Assembly: GCA_016938235.1 (NCBI GenBank)
Contig: JAFGVA010000223.1
Coordinates: 406 to 64,405 of the forward strand
DNA from: Bacteroidales bacterium
Lineage (GTDB): Bacteria; Bacteroidota; Bacteroidia; Bacteroidales; UBA10428
Reading direction: 5' to 3'
Length of the DNA stretch: 64,000 nt
Shown here: piece by piece, positions 30,421 through 40,296 of the stretch
Position numbering within the stretch: the stretch's first letter is position 1
How the letters are laid out: each line of letters starts with the position of its first letter
Position numbers and translations under genes: made by a program
The notes under the pieces: generated by a model
What the model saw: the letters and a program-made list of their open reading frames with translations, nothing else
Told to the model about the DNA's origin: nothing
The model's database searches: none

Positions 30421-31389
30421 TTAAAATCTGGGCGATTGAATATTCAGTGGTCTCATTATAGCATGAGAGTATTGAACATACAATTCATGACCTGCAAGAT
30501 AGGCATTATTCAGATTAAAATTGCTATGGTAGCAATAACCGGCTTTCAGGCGTTCGTTTATTTGCAACTGACCAAAATACAATATTTCACGTTTGGTTCT
30601 GTAGGAAATGCCCATGCTGAAATATTTGTTGTGAGAATATAGCATATTCAGATCTGCATCAACAGGTGAGTTGACATCAATTTTTACCAGGCTTGAAATC
30701 TGAAGGTACTGCTCGTAGTATTTAAAATTATATTTATAACCTCCGTGCAAATAATATATCCAGTTTTGGGGCATAGCATGGTAACTTGCAGTGTACTCCG
30801 ATTCGTATGCAACAATTTCAGTTGATATCAGACTTGGGATAGCAATACCTACATAATAATCTTTATGCTTTAATTTCATACCGAAACTGAAATCGGGGCT
30901 TACAACTGATTTTGAATAGCCAAATTGTTCATCATCGGGATCAAAGGGTTTGATTTTAGTAAAATTACTGCTTATAATCTGAGCACCACCTCCTAATCCA
31001 AAACTTAAAGTATGGTATCGCATTAATTTAACACGGTGTGAATAATTGGCCAGTATTCTTTGTTTATTATGCACTCCATATGACTCCTGTGAAATTGACA
31101 GTCCGGCTGAATTATTCTGAAAGGGCTGAATAAGTTCAAGCCCCGTTTTTAAGGGAGCTCCATTTATTGATACCCATTGCCGGCGGCCATACAAAAAGGC
31201 TGTGAAGTAATCGTAATCGTTAATTGCGGCCGTGTTAATGAGTGGATTAAAGGCCATGTAGTGAGCCAGATCTGGCTGAGTCTGGCAGTATATATTTTGC
31301 TTTTGGGGCAACAGGAATACATAAAATAATATCAGCAATCGGAATAGATTCTGAGCTGTTAAGTTTGTATGTTTCCTGTATTGACACAT
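30421..31389 (-). CDS. PorP/SprF-family type IX secretion membrane protein
   Basis: 322 aa. QPDLAHYMAFNPLINTAAIN.. and RRQWVSINGAPLT-type motifs, beta-barrel-like alternation, C-terminal aromatic. Immediately downstream of the type-B cargo gene. Confidence 0.8.
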   Translation of the reverse strand: MCQYRKHTNLTAQNLFRLLILFYVFLLPQKQNIYCQTQPDLAHYMAFNPLINTAAINDYDYFTAFLYGRRQWVSINGAPLKTGLELIQPFQNNSAGLSISQESYGVHNKQRILANYSHRVKLMRYHTLSFGLGGGAQIISSNFTKIKPFDPDDEQFGYSKSVVSPDFSFGMKLKHKDYYVGIAIPSLISTEIVAYESEYTASYHAMPQNWIYYLHGGYKYNFKYYEQYLQISSLVKIDVNSPVDADLNMLYSHNKYFSMGISYRTKREILYFGQLQINERLKAGYCYHSNFNLNNAYLAGHELYVQYSHAIMRPLNIQSPRF

Positions 31390-31398
31390 TATTCTCAG

Positions 31399-32487
31399 TT
31401 ATTTTCCGGCTTTTATTTCGATATAACCACTTATTACTGATGTTTTTTCGTTCTTGTCTTTAAAAAAGAGATAATAGTAAGTTCCATCGGGCAGTATGGA
31501 GCTGTTTGCAATTCCATACCCCGGAACATTTTCTCCACCCCAGCTATTGTCGTATGGTTCAGCTTCGTAAATAACATCGCTCCATTTGTTAAAGACAACA
31601 AATCGATTGTTAGGGTATGCCTCCAGACCTCCAATAATTAAGATATCGTTATGTTGATCATTGTTAGGAGATATTCCATTTGGAATAGTTATATCCGACG
31701 ATGACTCGTATTCAAACAGGGTTAAAAAATGTTTTCCTTCGGTAAGCAAGGCTTTTATGTTGGTATTTTCTTCTGAGAACTCCGAACTGAGCAGTGGAAC
31801 CCAGCTGTTATCGGTATTATTCCAGATTACTAATTTTTCTATATCCAGGTTATTTTGCTCTGGCTCCAGAAAACTAAACTCAACAACAGCAGGGGCAGAT
31901 AGCTCGTTAATTACATAATATCTTTCTACACTTGATTTATCCAGAGTATTATTAATCTGATGACCCCGGCGAATTTCAACATTTGATTCATTTGCATCGC
32001 TGGTAATTGTAATTCCGATATTGCCCGGATTAGATGAAATTCCTGCGATTAAATCTGCTCTTTCCATTATTTCTCCGGTTCCTGAAGAAAAAATTCTGTT
32101 GTCGTCCGATTCATTTAAAATGTGACCATTCATCAACCACAGCTGGTTACTCTTTATATCGAGCAGGCTGTTTTCCAAGTTAATACGCTCATCGATGTAA
32201 ATCGTTGTTTCTAAAGACCAATTTCCCTTTAGAGTAAGATTTGATAAAAAGTAATTTGTATTACCACCAATTATTTTTTCTTCTTCAACAGTATTAGAAA
32301 GAACAAGAGTGCTGCTTTTATTCATTGAAATATTTCCATCAATAATAAGCGATTGATTCTCTAATGACAATACAGTTCCTGAATCTACTGATAGCACACC
32401 GGAGTTAACAACAAGCTGTGAATATAAATTGCTTATTGCAAATGCCAGTACAAAATTGGAAATGAGTATTTTAAACTTCATTTTCAA
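31399..32487 (-). CDS. Secreted protein with T9SS type-B (gliding-motility-associated) C-terminal sorting domain
   Basis: 362 aa with signal peptide. C-terminal IPNGISPNNDQHNDILIIGGLEAYPNNRFVVFNKWSDVIYE..LPDGTYYYLF matches the type-B CTD pattern (PNxFSPNxDGxND..F..GL..YP.N...IFNRWG..GTYFY). Confidence 0.85.
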   Translation of the reverse strand: MKMKFKILISNFVLAFAISNLYSQLVVNSGVLSVDSGTVLSLENQSLIIDGNISMNKSSTLVLSNTVEEEKIIGGNTNYFLSNLTLKGNWSLETTIYIDERINLENSLLDIKSNQLWLMNGHILNESDDNRIFSSGTGEIMERADLIAGISSNPGNIGITITSDANESNVEIRRGHQINNTLDKSSVERYYVINELSAPAVVEFSFLEPEQNNLDIEKLVIWNNTDNSWVPLLSSEFSEENTNIKALLTEGKHFLTLFEYESSSDITIPNGISPNNDQHNDILIIGGLEAYPNNRFVVFNKWSDVIYEAEPYDNSWGGENVPGYGIANSSILPDGTYYYLFFKDKNEKTSVISGYIEIKAGK

Positions 32488-32507
32488 GGGCTTTTAAATT
32501 TCCAGGT

Positions 32508-35252
32508 TTAGTTTTGATTTTGCAGCGACTGAACAATTTTCTCAAGTTCTTCTAAACGTTTTTCCAGTTCTTCCTGCTCAGAAAGTTTAGTATTTAATTG
32601 TTCAATGGTTTTTTCCAGTTCCTGGTTTTGCATTTCTAACGAATCAACTTTTGCATTTAATTCCTGTACTGATTTGGTTATTAGGGGGGTAAGCTTGCCG
32701 TAATCAACTCCCCAGGGATCAGTAATTGGGTTCTCACCACCAATAGAAACGGCACCTGGAAAAACACTAAATAATTCCTGTGCAGCAAAACCTGTTTCAA
32801 GTTTATCAGAATTTATAAAGTTGAAGTCATAAACTTTTATTTCCAATAGTTTTTCTAGGCCATAGGATGTTGGCGTCAGGTTTTCTTTAAGCCTTATATC
32901 AGATGTAGTTGTGTAAGCAATAGTGCTACCATTTGGCTCTATTTGTCCTATTTTAGCATTATTTCCATCAAGAAATTGGATATAATCATTAACAATCGTG
33001 GGAGAAACTAGAGCGTTCATTCTTAATTGAATTAATCCATCTGGTGCAATAGAAGTGCACTCAATTCTAAAAGGAGAATTAGCAGAACTTATAATATGCA
33101 GTGGTCTTGTTGGTAGATTATGTCCAATACCAACATTACCAGTAGCTGAAACAAAAATCCCTTCATCATCACCATCGTTGGAAAGGTAGTGACCAGATAG
33201 CTGAATATTTTCCGTTGCAGTATGATCACCCAAATCGTCTCCTGCAGCAGTTATTTCAACAGAACCTCCATTTGTTAAGCTTAAGGTGGTGCCGCTAAGT
33301 GATAATTGCTGTGCATCTGTATTATCAAGGTAAGCACTTAAATCAACAGGTGTAGCATCGTTGCTTAGACTGAGAGTATTATCCGTTAAAGTAAGATCCT
33401 GATTATCGGTATTATCCAGGTAACCTGACAAGTCAACTGTTGTTCCATCGTTTGTGAGACTTAGCTCATCATTTGTCAGGCTGAGATCCTGGTTGTCGGT
33501 ATTATCAAGATATGTTCCCAGGAAAACCTTGTTAGCATTAGCAATATAAAGCGTGTCATCCAATAGCAAGAGGGTTTGCGCATCTGTATTATCAAGGTAA
33601 GGTGTTAAATCAACATTGTTTCCATCTGAAATAGTCAAACGGTTTGTGGGATTAATACTTAATGTCTGGCTGTCAGTATTATCTAAGTATGCTCCAAGAT
33701 AAACCCAGTTACCATCAACAATATACAATGTATCGTTTGAAAAAGAAAGCGTCTGATCATCGGTATCGACACCTGACAGGGTGCTTAAATCAACAAAATT
33801 ACCATCTTCTATGGTAAGAATTGAGCCTGTTAAATCGAGGGTCTGATCATCTGTATTATCAAGATAGCTGCTTAAATCTACAGTAGTTGCATCACCCGAA
33901 AGGCTTAGTGTGTTTCCGGTCCGCGATAAATCCTGAATTTCGTTAAGAATACTTGCATCGCCTTCAATGGAACTGATTAATACCTCTTCCCAGTCTGTAC
34001 CGTTCCACCGCAAAATAGTATTTGCTGTACCAGTGGCATCTTGTAACTTAGAGTATTCAACTGCATTATTATTGATTTGCACGATTCCTGTTTCCGCCAG
34101 TGTTATATCTCCCGAAATTGACTGGGCCGACCAGGATGAGCCATCACCAATAAGCAGACTACCCGAAGTTGGGCTTGAAGCTTGTACATCGGTTATGTCA
34201 TCGATACTGGAATTTGTTTTATCAATAAGCCCCCAGGTGTAATCGCCATATTGGGCAACAATAGATCCTGTTCTTCCAAAAACTGAATTTACATCGTTTG
34301 AATTATTTATTTTTTGCCAGGAAGTACCGTTGTGAATTGCCCAATCGCCCGGTTCAAAAGTAATATCTCCGGATCCCAGGTTCTGGGTTCCTGCAGCAGA
34401 AACAATATAATATTCTCCGTTTTCGCCTCCGGCATTACTTAAAAAAGGATTATTCTGATTAGCATCCCAGGTACCCATGTATGTTAATCCGCTGGATATT
34501 GAAGCCGGTGCCCAATTAGCGCCATTGTATCTTAGAAACTGGTCAACACTTGCACCCATAGGATGTAGTTTTGCCGAAGTGATTTGTGCATCCTGAATTT
34601 TTGAAGTAGAAATAGCGTTATCGGCAAGTTTAGCATTGGTAACAGCAGCATCCTCAATTTCTGAGGACTGAATCGCATCATCTCCAAGGTTTACAGTACC
34701 GTTTGTATTCAGGTTTTCAAGGTTGGCAGTTCCATTAACTGCCAGATTGCCAGAGAAATCTGCGTTTCCGCTGGTTGTTATCCGCAATCCCTCGTTATCA
34801 CCATCGGCCGACAGGTAGTAGGTGTTTAAAGCAATGTTCTGACTTGCGCTATGGTTACCTAAATTGTCACTAATTGCTGACAATAAAATATAGCCTCCCT
34901 GGCTTAAAAACAAAGTATCACCAACTCGGCTTAAAAACTGGATTTCATTGGTGGGATCAGCATCATTATCAACTGCTGAACTTCCAATATTTTCCCACGA
35001 TTGTCCGTTGAAGTAATAAAATCCTGCAGCATTATCAGTTTGGTAAATAAGTAATCCTTCGGCAGGATTTATGATGTTCATTTTTTCGGAGAAGCTCATT
35101 CGGGGGATTAATAACCCTTTGGCTGTTGAACGAATTTCAAGGGCTGCGCTTGAATGGGGTGAGAATTCATGATCCGCAATTCCGACACTCTGACTGAAAA
35201 CACCTTGGAGTGAAAGGATTGCAAGGTTTAAGAACAATAAAATTTTTTTCAT
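32508..35252 (-). CDS. Tail-fibre-like secreted repeat protein with C-terminal peptidase-S74 (intramolecular chaperone) domain
   Basis: About 914 aa from the ATG at 35252 (MKKILLFLNLAILSLQGVFSQ). The ORF-track GTG at 35276 overlaps a -7 box. N-terminal GLLIPRMS..GLLIYQTDN..FYYFNGQSW module; seven ~30-aa YLDNTDxQ repeats (33252-33930); C-terminal SDIRLKEN..GFAAQEL..DYGKLTPL plus coiled coil (32511-32903). Confidence 0.8.
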   Translation of the reverse strand: MKKILLFLNLAILSLQGVFSQSVGIADHEFSPHSSAALEIRSTAKGLLIPRMSFSEKMNIINPAEGLLIYQTDNAAGFYYFNGQSWENIGSSAVDNDADPTNEIQFLSRVGDTLFLSQGGYILLSAISDNLGNHSASQNIALNTYYLSADGDNEGLRITTSGNADFSGNLAVNGTANLENLNTNGTVNLGDDAIQSSEIEDAAVTNAKLADNAISTSKIQDAQITSAKLHPMGASVDQFLRYNGANWAPASISSGLTYMGTWDANQNNPFLSNAGGENGEYYIVSAAGTQNLGSGDITFEPGDWAIHNGTSWQKINNSNDVNSVFGRTGSIVAQYGDYTWGLIDKTNSSIDDITDVQASSPTSGSLLIGDGSSWSAQSISGDITLAETGIVQINNNAVEYSKLQDATGTANTILRWNGTDWEEVLISSIEGDASILNEIQDLSRTGNTLSLSGDATTVDLSSYLDNTDDQTLDLTGSILTIEDGNFVDLSTLSGVDTDDQTLSFSNDTLYIVDGNWVYLGAYLDNTDSQTLSINPTNRLTISDGNNVDLTPYLDNTDAQTLLLLDDTLYIANANKVFLGTYLDNTDNQDLSLTNDELSLTNDGTTVDLSGYLDNTDNQDLTLTDNTLSLSNDATPVDLSAYLDNTDAQQLSLSGTTLSLTNGGSVEITAAGDDLGDHTATENIQLSGHYLSNDGDDEGIFVSATGNVGIGHNLPTRPLHIISSANSPFRIECTSIAPDGLIQLRMNALVSPTIVNDYIQFLDGNNAKIGQIEPNGSTIAYTTTSDIRLKENLTPTSYGLEKLLEIKVYDFNFINSDKLETGFAAQELFSVFPGAVSIGGENPITDPWGVDYGKLTPLITKSVQELNAKVDSLEMQNQELEKTIEQLNTKLSEQEELEKRLEELEKIVQSLQNQN

Positions 35253-35275
35253 ACGTATAGCTTGGGTTTGCGGCA

Positions 35276-35283
35276 CAAATATA
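35276..35283 (-). promoter_or_regulatory. Candidate -7 box for the tail-fibre-like / T9SS operon
   Basis: Plus-strand CAAATATA equals minus-strand TATATTTG, 24 nt upstream of the ATG at 35252. Confidence 0.4.
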
Positions 35284-35419
35284 AAACAAACAAGGAGTTA
35301 ATAGTTTATTTTTGTTCGGTATTGATGTATAGTATTGGGTTATTAGCCAAAAAAATCAGTATTCATAAAACTGGCTGGTGAATACCATTTCAGCTTTTGG
35401 ATATAACTGCTTTTTGGTT

Positions 35420-35427
35420 TACTTTTG
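35420..35427 (+). promoter_or_regulatory. Candidate -7 box for glyQS
   Basis: TACTTTTG, 35 nt upstream of the ATG. Confidence 0.4.
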
Positions 35428-35461
35428 CCCCTCATATTAAAAAGGATTAATAATAGGGTAT

Positions 35462-37006
35462 ATGGCGAATAACGAGGATATTTTCAGGAAGATTATTGCA
35501 CACTGCAAGGAATATGGTTTCATTTTTCAATCAAGTGAAATTTATGATGGTTTAAGTGCTGTTTACGATTATGGCCAAAATGGTTCAGAGTTAAAAAATA
35601 ATATAAAGAAATATTGGTGGGATGCAATGACCAAATTGCATGAGAATATAGTTGGAATTGATGCTGCTATATTTATGCACCCCAGAACCTGGGAAGCTTC
35701 GGGGCATGTTGGCGCTTTTAACGATCCGCTTATTGACAATAAAGATTCAAAGAAAAGATATAGGGCCGACGTTCTGATTGAAGAATACCTTGAGAAAATA
35801 GAGGAAAAAATTAATAAAGAAATTGAAAAGGCGGCTAACCGTTTTGGAGATGCTTTTGATGAGAAACAGTTCAGGGAAACAAATCAGAGAGTTTTAGACA
35901 ATCAGAAGAAAATTGATGAAACAAAAGCCGCTTTTGTTAAGGCGTTAGAAGATAACGATCTGGCAGCTATAAAGCAGGTAATTGTTGATGCAGATATAAC
36001 TTGTCCGGTATCCGGTTCAAAAAACTGGACAGATGTGCGTCAGTTTAACCTGATGTTCAGTACCCAGTTAGGTTCGGTAAGTGATGAATCCAGTACCATT
36101 TACCTTCGTCCGGAGACAGCTCAGGGAATTTTTGTAAACTTCCTGAATGTACAAAAGACCGGCAGGATGAAAATCCCCTTCGGTATTGCCCAGATTGGTA
36201 AAGCTTTCAGAAATGAAATTGTGGCTCGGCAGTTTATTTTCAGAATGCGGGAATTTGAACAGATGGAAATGCAGTTTTTTGTTCGCCCCGGCACCGAAAT
36301 GGAGTGGTACAAATACTGGAAGGATGTGCGTATGAAGTGGCACAAAGCCCTGGGTCTGGGCGACGAAAAATATCGCTTCCACGATCATGATAAACTTGCC
36401 CATTATGCAAATGCAGCAGCCGATATCGAATTCAACCTTCCAATGGGATTCCGCGAAGTGGAAGGAATACATTCGAGAACAGATTTCGATCTGGGTAATC
36501 ATGAGAAATTCAGCGGTAAGAAAATTCAATATTTCGATACAGAAATTAACAAGAATTACGTACCCTACGTGGTTGAAACCTCAATTGGTGTCGACAGGAT
36601 GTTTTTATCAATAATCTCGAACGCTTATACCGAAGAAACTGTTGAAGCTACTGGCGAACAGAGGGTTGTATTGAAGATTCCACCTGTATTGGCACCGGTA
36701 AAATTAGCTGTTTTACCACTGACTAAAAAAGACGGCTTGCCAGAGAAAGCAAGAGAAATTATGGATGTTTTGAAGTTTGATTACAATTGCCAATACGAGG
36801 AAAAGGATTCGATAGGTAAACGTTACAGAAGACAGGATGCCATTGGAACGCCATTTTGTATTACTATAGATCATCAAACCTTGCAGGATGATACTGTCAC
36901 TATACGTTACCGTGATACCATGGATCAGGAAAGGGTAGCAACTGATAAGCTCGAAGACATTATGGAAGACATGGTAAGTTTGAAGAATTTATTAAAAACA
37001 TTATAG
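35462..37006 (+). CDS. glyQS: Glycine--tRNA ligase (dimeric class II type)
   Basis: 514 aa. Typical N-terminus (IIAHCKEYGFIFQSSEIYDG), class II motifs (FRNEIVARQFIFRMREFEQME, GVDR), C-terminal anticodon-binding domain. Confidence 0.93.
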   Translation: MANNEDIFRKIIAHCKEYGFIFQSSEIYDGLSAVYDYGQNGSELKNNIKKYWWDAMTKLHENIVGIDAAIFMHPRTWEASGHVGAFNDPLIDNKDSKKRYRADVLIEEYLEKIEEKINKEIEKAANRFGDAFDEKQFRETNQRVLDNQKKIDETKAAFVKALEDNDLAAIKQVIVDADITCPVSGSKNWTDVRQFNLMFSTQLGSVSDESSTIYLRPETAQGIFVNFLNVQKTGRMKIPFGIAQIGKAFRNEIVARQFIFRMREFEQMEMQFFVRPGTEMEWYKYWKDVRMKWHKALGLGDEKYRFHDHDKLAHYANAAADIEFNLPMGFREVEGIHSRTDFDLGNHEKFSGKKIQYFDTEINKNYVPYVVETSIGVDRMFLSIISNAYTEETVEATGEQRVVLKIPPVLAPVKLAVLPLTKKDGLPEKAREIMDVLKFDYNCQYEEKDSIGKRYRRQDAIGTPFCITIDHQTLQDDTVTIRYRDTMDQERVATDKLEDIMEDMVSLKNLLKTL

Positions 37007-37033
37007 AAACTGTAAAACAGTTTAAACAGATTG

Positions 37034-37041
37034 TATTTTTG
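37034..37041 (+). promoter_or_regulatory. Candidate -7 box for the YfhO-family gene
   Basis: TATTTTTG, 40 nt upstream of the ATG. Confidence 0.35.
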
Positions 37042-37080
37042 ATATTCTCAGAAATTTGTATCAGGTAAACTAAATTAAAA

Positions 37081-39582
37081 ATGATGAAAAATCAATTTCT
37101 ATTCAGCAGACTTATACCCTATGGAGCTGCAATCATTATTTTTTTACTATTGGCTCTGGCCTATTGTTCTCCGGTAATTCAGGGGAAAGTGGTTCAACAG
37201 TCGGATGTGGCAATGGCTACCGGGATGCAGAAAGAAATGAAGGAATATCATGATAAAACAGGCGATTATACTTTGTGGACCAATTCGATGTTTGGTGGAA
37301 TGCCCACATACCATATTGGGGGGGCAGGGCTACCCAAATACAATGTTTTTGGACATCTGGGTAAATTCTTCAGATTAAATTTGCCTGCGTATAGTGTAGA
37401 CATAATTTTTGTCTACCTGATATGTTTTTTTGTGCTGTTACTCGCCCTGGGTGTTAATCCCTGGTTAAGCATTGTTGGTGCTTTGGCTTTTGGTTTTTCA
37501 TCTTATAATTTTATTATCATAGCTGTCGGGCACGTAAATAAGGCGCTTGTTATCGGATTCATGCCTGCTGTTTTAGGGGGAATTTTACTGATTTATAAGC
37601 AACGGTATATTGTGGGATCAATACTTACCATCATAGCATTGGGAGTGCATTTGTATTTTAATCACCTTCAAATGACCTATTACCTGGTGCTGGCATTGGG
37701 AGTTTTTTTTGTTGTAGAACTCATTTATCATTTAAAGGAAAAGAAGATAAAAGTTTTCCTAATCTCATCACTTATTGCCGGTGGCGCAGCCATTTTAGCT
37801 GTGGCACCCAATGTTTCAAACCTGATTGCAACATACGAATACAGTAAAGATACCAATCGCGGCCCTTCGGAACTTACCAGCCATAATACCGAGAATGACA
37901 CTCAAGGGATCGACAAAGAATATGCATTAAGGTGGAGTTATGGAAAGGCTGAAACGTTTACTTTTCTGATTCCAAATTTATACGGTGGCGAATCAACCCA
38001 GAATTTTTCCGAAGACTCAAAAGTTTATGAAGCTTTAATTGAAAATGGGATCGATCGCAACCAGGCCCGGCAATTTGTCAAAAGTGTGCCAACAACTCTG
38101 TATTGGGGAGACCAGCCTTTTACTTCAGGGCCGGTATACTTGGGGGCAATAATATGCTTTTTATTTGTTCTTGGACTATTTCTGGTAGATCCCAAAACTA
38201 GAATATGGATTTTGATAGCAACGGTTATTACCATATTTTTGTCGTGGGGAAGAAATTTTATGTTTTTCTCCGATTTGTTCTTCGACTACATGCCTTTATA
38301 CAATAAATTCAGGGCTGTGTCATCCATACTGGTTATCCCATCCTTATTATTCCCTCTGGTTGCTATTCTTGGTTTGAAGGGTATAATGGAAAATAAAATT
38401 GCTAAAAAGGAGATGACCAGATACCTAAAGATATCACTCGCCATTACAGGCGGATTTGCTTTGTTCTTTTTTCTTTTTGGTAAGTCAGTATTCAGCTTCT
38501 ACAATCCTCTGGACGAGAACCTGGTAAAGGCCGGTTACCCTGACTGGTTGATTAATTCAGTTACCGATGAACGGATCAGACTATTGAAAAAAGATGCCTT
38601 CAGAGCTTTGGTATACATTCTCCTGGCAGCCGGAATACTTTATGCATTCTTTTTGAAAAAGCTGAAATTTGAATATTTCGTTGCTCTGCTTGGATTATTT
38701 ATCCTGATGGATATGTGGCCGGTGAACAAACGATTTTTAAACGATGATAATTTTGAATCAAAGCGCAAAGCAAATCAGGTAACACCAAGTCAGGCCGATT
38801 TACAAATTTTACAGGATAAGGATCCCGATTTCAGGGTTTTCAATTTAACCATGAATCCGTTTAACGAAGCTTACACTTCATTCTACCACAAATCTATCGG
38901 TGGATATCATGGAGCAAAACTCAGACGATATGATGATTTAATTACCTACCATCTCTCGAAACAAAATATGCAGGTGATTAACATGCTCAATACAAAATAT
39001 TTTATTGTACCAGATAAGGATAACCAACCGATGGCCCAATACAATCCAGGAGCGCTTGGTAATGCCTGGTTTGTGCGCAATTTGAGGATTGTAAATAATG
39101 CCGACGAAGAAATTGATGCCCTGAATAATTTTAGTGCACGGCATTCAGCTATTATGGACAAAAGATTTCTTGAATCGGTACCCGAATTGGCAGCCTTTAA
39201 ATTCGACAGTCTTGAACAGGGAAGCATATCACTTAAAAGTTATGCCCCAAATCACTTAATTTATGATTCAGAATCGCCGGTTGATGAATTTGCTGTGTTC
39301 TCCGAAATCTACTACAACTCAGGTAAAGGATGGAATGCCTATATCGATGGAAATAAGACAGAACATGTTCGTGTTAACTATGTATTGCGCGGGATGATTG
39401 TTCCGGCTGGGAAGCATTCTGTCGAATTTAAATTTGAACCCCAGAAGTTTTATTTCGGCTTAAAGGTTGAGCTGTTAAGTTCTCTGTTAGTTGTTCTGAC
39501 GCTTCTTTTTCTGGCCTACCTTTGGTTCCGGAATAATAAATCAGAACCTGCGGTGCCTGAAGTAGAATCGAAAAAACCTTAA
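37081..39582 (+). CDS. YfhO-family polytopic membrane protein (GT-C-like)
   Basis: 833 aa with many TM segments and a C-terminal extracytoplasmic domain. N-terminal QSDVAMATGMQKEMKEYHDKTGDYTLWTNSMFGGMPTY resembles Bacteroidota YfhO proteins. Confidence 0.7.
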   Translation: MMKNQFLFSRLIPYGAAIIIFLLLALAYCSPVIQGKVVQQSDVAMATGMQKEMKEYHDKTGDYTLWTNSMFGGMPTYHIGGAGLPKYNVFGHLGKFFRLNLPAYSVDIIFVYLICFFVLLLALGVNPWLSIVGALAFGFSSYNFIIIAVGHVNKALVIGFMPAVLGGILLIYKQRYIVGSILTIIALGVHLYFNHLQMTYYLVLALGVFFVVELIYHLKEKKIKVFLISSLIAGGAAILAVAPNVSNLIATYEYSKDTNRGPSELTSHNTENDTQGIDKEYALRWSYGKAETFTFLIPNLYGGESTQNFSEDSKVYEALIENGIDRNQARQFVKSVPTTLYWGDQPFTSGPVYLGAIICFLFVLGLFLVDPKTRIWILIATVITIFLSWGRNFMFFSDLFFDYMPLYNKFRAVSSILVIPSLLFPLVAILGLKGIMENKIAKKEMTRYLKISLAITGGFALFFFLFGKSVFSFYNPLDENLVKAGYPDWLINSVTDERIRLLKKDAFRALVYILLAAGILYAFFLKKLKFEYFVALLGLFILMDMWPVNKRFLNDDNFESKRKANQVTPSQADLQILQDKDPDFRVFNLTMNPFNEAYTSFYHKSIGGYHGAKLRRYDDLITYHLSKQNMQVINMLNTKYFIVPDKDNQPMAQYNPGALGNAWFVRNLRIVNNADEEIDALNNFSARHSAIMDKRFLESVPELAAFKFDSLEQGSISLKSYAPNHLIYDSESPVDEFAVFSEIYYNSGKGWNAYIDGNKTEHVRVNYVLRGMIVPAGKHSVEFKFEPQKFYFGLKVELLSSLLVVLTLLFLAYLWFRNNKSEPAVPEVESKKP

Positions 39583-40284
39583 TGCAATACTGATGTGGTT
39601 CAATAGGGTTATTATAAATCCATAATTGGTAACCATAATTCTAAAACGTTCTTTAATGGAAGGGAAAATTGTTTTTTTCGATCGGCCACCATCCAGGAAT
39701 TGGGATAGTATAAGTTTGGAATTTACAATATTGTCAGCTTTTTTAAGGCATTTTATTACCCAGTCGATATCCGAAGAGCAGGAATAATTTAAATCGTACA
39801 GAGGAGCAATACGACGTGCCGGAATAAAGGACTGATGACACACCACCATTCCCAGTTTAAGGCTTGTCCATGTAAGATTCTCTGGAGCCGGTTGTCTGCG
39901 CATTCCTATGGGGTTGCCCTTTTCATTAATTACAAGCGTTTCGCCATAAAGCAGGTCTGCCTCTGTTTTTTTCGCCAGAGCGATTAGTTTCCCGACAGTC
40001 TCAGCATCATATACTTTATCGCCTGCATTAATAAACCAGACAAAATCACCACTTGCCCTTTTAAGTCCTTTATTCATCGCATCGTAAAGACCCTTATCGG
40101 GTTCAGTAATCCAATAATCGATTTTTGATTCATATTTTTTAATGATATCCAGTGTCCCATCTGTCGATCCGCCATCGATTACCAGGTATTCAAAATCTTT
40201 CGATGTTTGCCCTGCAATACTTTGAATAGTAGATTCAAGGTATTTTACTCCGTTATAAACAACTGTAATTATACTTATTTTCAC
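39541..40284 (-). CDS. Glycosyltransferase family 2
   Basis: 247 aa. ISIITVVYNG..., LVIDGGSTDGT, YDAMNKG, FINAGD. The 3' end overlaps the convergent YfhO gene by 42 nt. Confidence 0.85.
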   Translation of the reverse strand: MKISIITVVYNGVKYLESTIQSIAGQTSKDFEYLVIDGGSTDGTLDIIKKYESKIDYWITEPDKGLYDAMNKGLKRASGDFVWFINAGDKVYDAETVGKLIALAKKTEADLLYGETLVINEKGNPIGMRRQPAPENLTWTSLKLGMVVCHQSFIPARRIAPLYDLNYSCSSDIDWVIKCLKKADNIVNSKLILSQFLDGGRSKKTIFPSIKERFRIMVTNYGFIITLLNHISIALRFFRFYFRHRRF

Positions 40285-40296
40285 GATGCGATAGTT

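Noticed and set aside
32508-35252. Tail-fibre-like gene as a prophage or tailocin remnant
   Set aside because: There are no capsid, portal, terminase, sheath, baseplate, lysis or integrase genes nearby. The neighbours are T9SS components, GT9 and glyQS. Only the wider genome context could overturn this.
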